Below are positions 58,401 to 64,000 of a stretch of 64,000 nucleotides of DNA, in pieces. The first letter of the stretch is position 1; every line of letters begins with the position of its first letter. This DNA is from Amoebophrya sp. A120. Taxonomy: Eukaryota > Protista > Dinoflagellata. The stretch lies in assembly GCA_905178155.1 (NCBI GenBank), contig CAJINV010000008.1:2170001-2234000 (forward strand), given 5' to 3'. A program made the position numbers and the translations under genes. Below the pieces are notes generated by a model. It saw only the letters and a program-made list of their open reading frames with translations. It ran no database searches and had not been told where the DNA came from.

Positions 58401-60068
58401 TGCTACGCGGAGAGAGCATTTGTCATGGGGAATAGGCATCAATAAGCTTTCAAAAAATCTGTGATGCTAGGGCATGCATCACAGACATCAGGGCTCATGC
58501 AAAACATGCATGACAAGTGTCAAGATCTTCCAGACCCAGACATTTTTACAGTTGATAGCACCGAGGATGTCACGGACCCCACCCGGATTGCCGCGCAACC
58601 CTTTCGTATCCACGACTACCCGGCCATGAAGTGGTGGCACCAGGTGGAGGGCCACCCCCTGGAGCTGCGCGTGGACCTGGACTGGGAGGACCACGGGTAC
58701 GGAAAAAGGGCTGCGGGGATTCTTATCAAGTTGTTCTGCTCTCCCTTTGCGACGCTGATGGCCGAGCGATGGATCAAGCAGGTTCCGCGCAAACGAAAAA
58801 CGGAGACGCTGCTCTTCTATCGCGACGTGGACGACATCGTTGCGTTCGCCTATTCCGTACGCATTGCAAAATAAAATGTCTGCTGGAAGGTCTGGAAGTA
58901 GCTTGTATATGCTATGTATAGAAGTGTCGACGCCCGCGACATGAAAATGAAATGATACGTCGCCAAGCATGAAAATTTTCGTCGAGGTTCTGGCCCTAGT
59001 AGATCAATGTCCTGCAGCATTCGAAGCTGCTTGCGGCGGCAGTGCAAATAAGAGTTCTTCGTTCAGATAATGCGTAAAAGCTGGCACGACGAGAGTCGCC
59101 ATCGTGAAGGGTGCGCCTGATATCACCTGACTATGTGGCACTTCTGATGCTGATCAGCTTTGTGCATCACAGGTTTACTTATTTGGTGTTATTCAAAATC
59201 GAAATGCGAATGCGCCATGCAGCGAGACTCTTTCAGTTTCACCAACCTGACGATATCTCCCTACTCTCCCAACCAGACCAGCCAGACGTGATATTTGCAT
59301 TCGATATCCCTACTCCAACGACAATATCAAATGTAAAAATGTCTGGGTCTGGAAGATTGCGAGATTTGTCATGCATATTTCGGATCACGCAAATGGCGTC
59401 TGATGCAGGCAAAAGCATCACAGGTTTTGAGCACGCCTCATGATGCCTCTCCCGCATGAGAAACTTCTTACTTGCGTGCCAAGAAATGGACAGCCTTTGG
59501 CGCTCATGCAACACAAATTTTTGTGTGTTCCAGAGTTTGCATCACAAGTTCCAACCCTTCCAGACCCAGACACTTGTACATTTGATAGACAAGGAGATGC
59601 GCACGTGCTGGTACGAGTTTTACGCCAAAGTCGGAGACAAACCGGGGCAGATATTAAAGTGAAAAATGCCCCCCACCCCTGAACTTGCAAAAATTTGTGA
59701 TGCGAAGTTTCCAAATGAAAACTTTTTGCCATGCATGAAAGGAGTATGGATCTTTCTGATGCAGAGTCTAGGCGAGGCGTGTATCGCATCGCTTGCATGA
59801 CAAGCGCCGCTCTTGCTGGGGTCTCTTGCAATACAAATTTCCGCTATTCACGATTGGAAACCTGTGATGCTGATAGATGCAAGAGGGCGAATGTTTCATT
59901 TGGAAAGGTTTGCAATACAAATGCTCCCAAGTTCGTGGGTGGGGGCATTTTTCATTGTAATAGCAGAAGTTGTTGCTTCATCATTTCTGGGTGACTGTCC
60001 GGTACTATCCTACGCAACACCTGATCACCCCCCTGGTCATTTGTCATGGACCAAAAAAAAGTAGCTAG
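22409..60068 (+). CDS. Giant 22-exon gene, about 2181 aa, putative secreted or membrane-anchored adhesin with F-type-lectin/galactose-binding-like and PAN/apple-like repeats
   Basis: Exons (left TSD kept): 22409-23451, 23709-23788, 24111-24195, 24469-24580, 24907-24960, 25218-25897, 28662-29192, 29520-29576, 44678-44902, 52775-52856, 52982-54620, 54917-55579, 55740-55785, 56111-56159, 56506-56725, 57045-57119, 57533-57912, 58239-58295, 58563-58857, 59312-59324, 59593-59651, 59968-60068. Total 6546 nt, in frame, ending in TAG. Hydrophobic N-terminal stretch IAMILCAILGVEVYYF; motifs CTHTD..NWWRV.F..LFNR and ECVQWCAQEPKCGGVDY. Start uncertain (upstream in-frame ATG at 22172). Confidence 0.8.
23452..23703. 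mobile_element. Introner, family E
   Basis: TIR TATGTAGGCGTCAGGATTGAAATAGAC / GTCGATTTCAGTCCTGACACCCCCATA; TSD ACACT/ACACC; removal fuses ORF 21977 to ORF 23596. Confidence 0.85.
23789..24105. mobile_element. Introner family A, reverse orientation
   Basis: TATCAAAACGAAAAAAACCTCCACCCCATAT / ATATGGGGAGGGGGGACTTCTCCTCTCAATA; TSD GGACG/GAACG. An in-frame GT-AG alternative (23788-24106) also exists. Confidence 0.85.
24196..24463. other. Probable old introner-derived intron with decayed left TIR
   Basis: Right end ...TTTTCCTCGGATA; direct repeat GAAAA(CG) at 24191 and 24464; removal keeps the frame (HYAFENGTSLV). Confidence 0.5.
24581..24901. mobile_element. Introner family A, forward orientation
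   Basis: TATCAAAAGGAAAAATTCCCCCTCCCTATAT / ATGTGGGGAGGGGGGATTTTTCTTCTTGATA; TSD ATGGG/ATGGC; spliced LNPNGEAL aligns with uninterrupted PGVNGEDG near 54060. Confidence 0.9.
24961..25212. mobile_element. Introner family C
   Basis: TIR core TGCTCAGCTGTTACAATTTCAAACGTTACAATAGA / TCTATTGTAACGTTTGAGATTGTAACATCTGAGCA; TSD ATGAG/ACGAG; spliced WTWNECAQFCAQEP matches WPWRECVQWCAQEP near 54100. Confidence 0.9.
26018..28603. mobile_element. Nested non-autonomous TIR element with internal palindromic and tandem repeats
   Basis: 21-bp inverted repeat TAATTAGCGGCCCTTTCATAA / TTATGAAAGGGCCGCTAATTA; no convincing ORF. Confidence 0.7.
27550..28425. repeat. CCTACCCGGG/CCCGGGTAGG inverted repeats followed by an about 90-bp tandem array
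   Basis: Recurring units CCCTCGAAATTTGGGCGGCGCGGCAGCGCCGCGAAG...GCTATGTGAGGTTTT. Confidence 0.85.
29193..29514. mobile_element. Introner family B (right end ACA)
   Basis: TATCCACTGCAAATATGTGTGGGTCTGGAA / TTCAAGACCCAGACATATTTTCAATGCACA; TSD ACGCA/ACTCA; spliced LAATQPVRRIYV matches IATKQPVRRLYV near 53270. Confidence 0.9.
30080..30425. repeat. 82-bp GC-rich tandem repeat, about 4 copies
   Basis: CCCTTGCCGGCGATTCTCTTCCGTGTTGCG at 30118, 30200 and 30282, plus a diverged fourth copy. Confidence 0.9.
32371..33593. mobile_element. hAT-like non-autonomous element, copy 1 (in copia-2 gag)
   Basis: Ends CAGTCAGA / TCTAACTG; 8-bp TSD ATCCAGTT/ATCCACTT; homologous to 37348-40288; contains the N gap. 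Confidence 0.75.
32848..33174. other. Assembly gap
   Basis: Run of N. Confidence 1.
37348..40288. mobile_element. hAT-like non-autonomous element, copy 2 (in copia-2 RT)
   Basis: Ends CAGTCAGA / TCTGACTG; 8-bp TSD TCGTGCCT/ACGTGCCG; RT sequence resumes after it. Confidence 0.75.
37579..39289. mobile_element. TIR element with subterminal GGAATCAG arrays, nested in hAT-like copy 2
   Basis: Left GGTAAGAGAGGGAATCAGACT with (GAATCA)n; right (TGATTCC)n with AGTCTGATACCATCGACGACC. Absent at the equivalent site of copy 1 (about 32600). Apparent 4-bp TSD ATTT/AATT. Confidence 0.75.
40854..41892. mobile_element. TIR element inserted in copia-2 RNase H
   Basis: TIR TCAGGCGGACGGCCCGGGGCGGG / CCCGCCCCGGGTCGTCCGCCTGA; flanking direct repeat GGTTTCG; internal ATTTATCCC repeats. 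Confidence 0.8.
43386..44016 (-). mobile_element. Solo LTR related to copia-2, inverted
   Basis: Reverse complement begins TGTTGGTCATG and carries four copies of the LTR hairpin motif; TSD AATAG/AAGAG. Confidence 0.8.
45124..45250. mobile_element. Orphan left end of a family B element
   Basis: TATCCACTGCAAAGATGTCTGGTTCTGGA; no partner right end found. Confidence 0.6.
45252..45600 (+). mobile_element. Second copy (left part) of the GGAATCAG-array element
   Basis: GGTAAGAGAGGGAATCAGAC... collinear with 37579-37950. Confidence 0.7.
50690..51030 (+). repeat. Dispersed GC-rich repeat, copy 2 (related to 2170-2520)
   Basis: Collinear shared blocks with 2170-2520. Confidence 0.7.
52857..52976. 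mobile_element. Short (120 bp) degenerate introner
   Basis: Inverted repeat CACAGAAAAGGACCCATCCCCATCCA / TGGATGGGGATCGTGGATTTTGTTCTGTG; TSD decayed; removal gives NWW(R/D)VGF, like NWWRVEF. An in-frame GT-AG alternative (52856-52977) exists. Confidence 0.7.
54621..54911. mobile_element. Introner family B
   Basis: TATCAACTGCAAATATGTCT / CCAGACCCAGACATATTAATTTGCAATGCATA; TSD GGTGG/GTTGG; fuses ORF 52895 to ORF 54913 (YVAGVVLQMRAG). Confidence 0.85.
55580..55734. mobile_element. Short introner, family D
   Basis: TATCCCACAGAGAGCTAG / CTAGCTCCTTTCTGTGCGATA; TSD GCTGC/GCCGC; frame restored. Confidence 0.8.
55786..56105. mobile_element. Diverged family-A-like introner (320 bp)
   Basis: TATCCTCACAAAAAACGTCCCCACCGAGAT / ATGTCGAGGGGGCGGCTTTCCACAGGATA; TSD ATACA/GTACA; join CEEAIHFIQYL. 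Confidence 0.75.
56160..56500. mobile_element. Introner family A, reverse orientation
   Basis: Family A TIRs; perfect TSD GTCGC; frame restored. Confidence 0.92.
56726..57039. mobile_element. Introner family A, forward orientation
   Basis: Family A TIRs; perfect TSD GCGCT; frame restored. Confidence 0.92.
57120..57527. mobile_element. Introner family A, forward orientation, with internal duplication
   Basis: Family A TIRs; TSD AACCC/AACCA; duplicated CTAGCAATACAAGCCGTA and AGGACTGACCC blocks. Confidence 0.88.
57913..58233. mobile_element. Introner family A, reverse orientation
   Basis: Perfect TSD TGCCC; reverse complement of the 5641 copy along its whole length. Confidence 0.93.
58296..58557. 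mobile_element. Introner family B
   Basis: TATCAAATGTAAAAATGTCTGGGTCTGGAA / TTCCAGACCCAGACATTTTTACAGTTGATA; perfect TSD GCACC. Confidence 0.93.
58858..59306. mobile_element. Diverged introner family B
   Basis: TACGCATTGCAAAATAAAATGTCTG..GGTCTGGAAG / CCAGACCAGCCAGACGTGATATTTGCATTCGATA; TSD TTCCG/TCCCT; frame restored. Confidence 0.7.
59325..59587. mobile_element. Introner family B
   Basis: Family B TIRs; perfect TSD GACAA. Confidence 0.93.
59652..59962. mobile_element. Introner, family A variant
   Basis: TATTAAAGTGAAAAATGCCCCCCACCCCTGAAC / GTTCGTGGGTGGGGGCATTTTTCATTGTAATA; perfect TSD GCAGA. Confidence 0.9.
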
Positions 60069-61168
60069 CACAGGTCCGCCAAGAGGTAGCTCTCGCTCTG
60101 TAGGCGTCATGTTCATTTTGGACGATGGCAAAGAAATCAAACTGAAACTCGCGTACAATTGATGACGTTTTGCTGAGCGCGGGTGGCCGAAAATATACGC
60201 TGCCGGCCCATTTTTCACCACCCCCTGCCAGGCGGCTAAAAAGGGAACTCCCGGATTCGCGCTGAAGGGAGCGAACAGGAGCAAGATCATCGGGATAGGA
60301 TCCTGGTTCCGGCTGAATTTGTTACCCTGCTCGGTGTTAAGTTTCACCTATGTCGTGACAGCATGATGACGAATGATCAATATGAATTCATGTGCAAGCA
60401 GAGCGTGCAGACACTTGTCTCTCTCATGCGAAGAACGCTGCGTGAGCGTGTCGTCTTTTACTGCTGCTCAGATCAACATGATACATACCATACAAAGAAA
60501 AGGGTGGGGGCAGGTGTTGCGCAGGATAAGCACGAACCATCCGACCCGCGGACGCTAGCGACGTTGAGAAAGCGGGCCACGAATAAAGAGCCGGCGCATT
60601 TGGAATTGTAAAGACCGCAGCGAGAAGGAGAAAAAGAAACTACACTGGCAGCATGTGCGACGCGGCTATCGTTAACAAGCAACAAATTTGCGTTCCGTAC
60701 TACTCACGACCATACTTCTGATTGATAGATTTGTTCGTCAATGTGGTGTCTACAAAAATGGAAGTGCAATGTTGATACAACGTCCCTATCTGGAAATAGC
60801 GCTAAATGGCGCTGACTGTGGACTCACTTCGGTGTCCAAGGCACTTGCTCCGCTTCTTTTGTACAAACGAAAAAGGTAGCTGATAAAGAAGGAAAACAGA
60901 GTGCAAAGGAGAGGCTGGCTCCTACTTTACTATTATTGCCGGCCAAAGGAATGATTTGACAATCTGGAGCAAGAGCCGTGTCAAAAATGAAAGTGAGACG
61001 AAAGAGATTTGACGACGATGAGGAGCGAGGGAAGCTGCTTCTGGTAATCTTGTTAATCCTTGAATATCAATGGATACAACTCGATGCACATAGATAGCTC
61101 CTGGCGTTGGGGTGGCAAGCACATCGTCGCCTAAAAGCAGCCTGCTGACAGCAGTAGGAACTAAAACT

Positions 61169-62551
61169 ATGGTAGGCGCTCTTTCAGATCCGTACCTTGC
61201 GACGTCTCTTTTCCGAGTGTGGAGTCTTGGCAACCCTAGCAGTGGTGGTCTATCGGGTGCAAATCTGTCTGGGCTAGCGCTGGGATGAGGATGCAATCAA
61301 CTTGTGATGCTCAATCCAGAAAGTTTCTTTGATGTGCGATTGCCTGAGAAGCAAGTCTTGCTGCCCTATTTTTTGTCGCACAAAGAAGCAGCAGCTGCCC
61401 CAGCATCATCTCTGGGAACGTTTCATTAAACACTGATGCAGCGTTGGCATGCAGATGCATCACAAACTCAAACGTTCTACTGAGTTGAGAGGAGTCTGAA
61501 GCATGCAAACAGTGTGTGCTGAAATTGAAAAATGAACAGTACTTATTGTAAATATGAAAATTCTATAGCCTGCTCCCTAACAATCCGTAGGAGATTCTCC
61601 CTCTGATCGTGCCAGTCTGGACCGCGGTTACTACCGGGGGCTAACCAAGCTCCGGCGACAAGCGCCATCCAACCAAGCGCACAAGAATGTCATCACTTTT
61701 CCAGCCGGACACCCGGACATTTTTGCGTTTGATGTGTTCCCGTCGATGAAGATTCCAGTTATGATGTTGAGCGGGATATGCGTTTCTTACGTGCCGGCGG
61801 TCGAGGCAGCGGTGGTGGGGCTGCGCACGGCGCGTGGTTCTACGTGTTGGTGACCCTTCCTGTGCTCCTATTGCTGGCCGCAATTCGCATTTATGTCCTG
61901 TATACTGGCGGCCGCTTTCTTATGGAAGTGCCACCTGGAGAATCGCCGAAATGGAAAAAATTTGTGATGCATACTACAATGAATTTGAATCGACACAGGT
62001 CCAAATCAATGGGCCCACCAATTCATTTAGTTGGTGGCGGCGCACGACGAGTCTCTATGCCTACGTAGATAAAGTAAGATCCAGTCTGTCACGCTGTTTG
62101 AGTCGAAAACGAAAATCTGAAAGCCCCATGTTCGCCATGCTGTTGTTTAAGTTTAACATTCTTTCCCATGAGTCTGCACCTGTTTGCGATCGGCTTCATC
62201 ATTTGCGTTCCCGCGATTTATAATAAGGACATTTTGTGCGTCGGGCATCTCATGCATGGTGTTGCACCATAATTGCTATTCCATTTTATTGCTTTCCCAC
62301 CAGGTGAGGCATCCATATTTACCGGACTCGTGGCCTCGCTCCAGCTTCGCCCCCTTGGTGGCGCTGCGCAGGCGGAGAAGGTCGCAGGGCTTGCCTGTTT
62401 GTCCGGATGCTGCACACTGGACTTCTGGGCGTACTGGTGCTGCTGCTGTTCCTTCTGCGTGCGCCCTTGCAGATCAACCCCACCGGCTGCGGGGCCCCCC
62501 TCGGTGACCAAGATTGCGCCAAAAGGGGAGAGCCAGATATCAGACGTGTGA
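61169..62551 (+). CDS. Small multi-exon membrane protein with a Cys-rich C-terminus
   Basis: ATG 61169 exon joins ORF 61778 after removal of 61251-61734; TM-like WFYVLVTLPVLLLLAAIRIYVLY; probable last exon within ORF 62273-62551 (second intron unresolved). Confidence 0.55.
61251..61734. mobile_element. Diverged, expanded introner family B
   Basis: TATCGGGTGCAAATCTGTCTGGG / CCCGGACATTTTTGCGTTTGATG; TSD TGGTC/TGTTC; frame restored (SSGGPVDEDSS). Confidence 0.75.
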
Positions 62552-63345
62552 AAAGCAGCCATATGTTTTCTGTAGTTGGCTCTACAAAATGAAATTATAC
62601 AACAAGAATTAATTTGCGATGTCGTTCTTGCACCATTTTCCTCATCGGAGCATCATCATGATCGAAACAAAAGTAAGCGTGGTCAGGTCGTTTTTCATGC
62701 GTGGTGTGTGCTTGCTATTGCGACCGTTATATAGTCGTGATGTAGAATCAGAATGTTCATGTTGACGGCTCACACCTTTTTCTGTTCCTAGCAAGGCATC
62801 AGCATCTGCAGCGTGCTGCAATCGGCGACGTGAGAAAGTGTCGCCGGCGCCGTCTGTTTAGCCTGACAAACAGATTTGAAATTGGCAGCTTCTACAATGC
62901 AGGCTTTCGAGAAAGACAAGGCACGTCACAGCACTCCTACTTACAAGTATTCAGTTAGTATTTCCCCCCCTGCAACATGACAAGACCAAGACATATGCAC
63001 TTCAATCTACAGTGGATACTAGAAGGACAATATCGCACATGAAAGACTGTTTGAAGAATGGTGTAGTACTAGTTTGATTGTCTTGATGACCTGCTTCTCT
63101 CGCAGTAGCAGCACTGGATGCCTGATGCGGAAAAATGAGGATCAAGAAGGAAGTGTGGCTGCTGATAGTCATTGAGAATTTTACAGCGTAGCTAGCGGGC
63201 ATATTTTTTCGCCACTTGCGTTATTTCTCCTTTTTATTTCTACCCGTCACAGGAGCAGGACGAGCTGCACAGTCGCACTGTTTGCGGTTTCATTTCGTCG
63301 TTGGCATGTAGTTAAAGAAACCGTGTCAGCCGGTGACTGCGTTCG

Positions 63346-64000
63346 TTGGATAGATCAAGAATATTTCAGCATGCTTTGATTGCCTTTTTTTGTGCGATAT
63401 CAGAGGGGACACGACCATTGGAACCCACAGATCGTGACGTTGGAGTTGACCCACCAGCATCCCCGCACCCGCTGACCCTGCGCGGCGACTCGGCTCCCGG
63501 TCGCGGTGGGGCTAAAGAGCAGAAGCTTGGAGGCGTCCGCAGAGCCGGCGCGTTCGTCGGCAAGCAACTGAGCGCCGCACGGTATCAAAAGGAAAAATCC
63601 CCCCTCCCCATATCGAAAAGGTATGTTTCCGAAAATTTCTGTTGCTGATTTGAGGTCACAAATCATGTCTGTCTTGCAAGAAGACAAGGGCAGAAGCTTC
63701 CGCCCCAATATGGAAGCGATTTGCCATGCTGTTGGGCCTAAAAGTGACCCGCTTGCCGTGCTGAACAACTAGACCCATACGCCCCTACCCAGCCTGGGGA
63801 TCTGGCCGCAGTACCTCTCTGCAATACAAACCCGATTTCGGTACACAAATCCAGCATCAGAAATTCCGTTTTGATATGGGGAGGGGGGATTTTTCCTTTC
63901 GATACACGGGAAGCAGTCGCTTCTCGCTTTAGCGGGGGAGCTAGGAACAGGAGAAAATCCGACCTACCGGGGGAAGCCTGCACTTTGTATCACGTGGCCC
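63346..64000 (+). CDS. 5' part of a hypothetical protein gene, runs off the window
   Basis: ORF 63346 (non-ATG start, true start uncertain) continues in frame to the window end after removal of 63583-63904 (LSAAREAVASRF). Confidence 0.55.
63583..63904. mobile_element. Introner family A, forward orientation
   Basis: TATCAAAAGGAAAAATCCCCCTCCCCATATC / GATATGGGGAGGGGGGATTTTTCCTTTCGATA; perfect TSD CACGG. Confidence 0.93.

Noticed and set aside
1-64000. tRNA/rRNA genes, dinoflagellate spliced-leader relic, intact transposase for the introners
   Set aside because: None were recognised by eye. Absence is not proven without covariance-model and HMM searches.

Overview
Eukaryotic (protist-like, probably alveolate/Syndiniales-type) genomic DNA with one assembly gap (32848-33174). 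The main signal is a non-canonical intron system. At least 27 MITE-like elements with terminal inverted repeats (termini TAT...ATA) and 5-bp target-site duplications (TSDs) sit in apparent coding sequence. Removing each element plus one TSD copy restores the reading frame, mostly without usable GT-AG ends and in either element orientation. Applying this rule by hand joins 22 exons from 22409 to 60068 into one 6546-nt ORF (about 2181 aa). It encodes a putative adhesin with F-type-lectin-like and PAN/apple-like repeats, and its own uninterrupted internal repeats corroborate several junctions. Three of these introns are giant (2.8, about 7.8 and 15.1 kb) because other transposons are nested in them, including a Ty1/copia element, hAT-like elements and a solo LTR. 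A second full-length copia element lies at 11356-17595. Similar introners are described in Amoebophrya. No splicing is directly demonstrated here because there are no RNA data.
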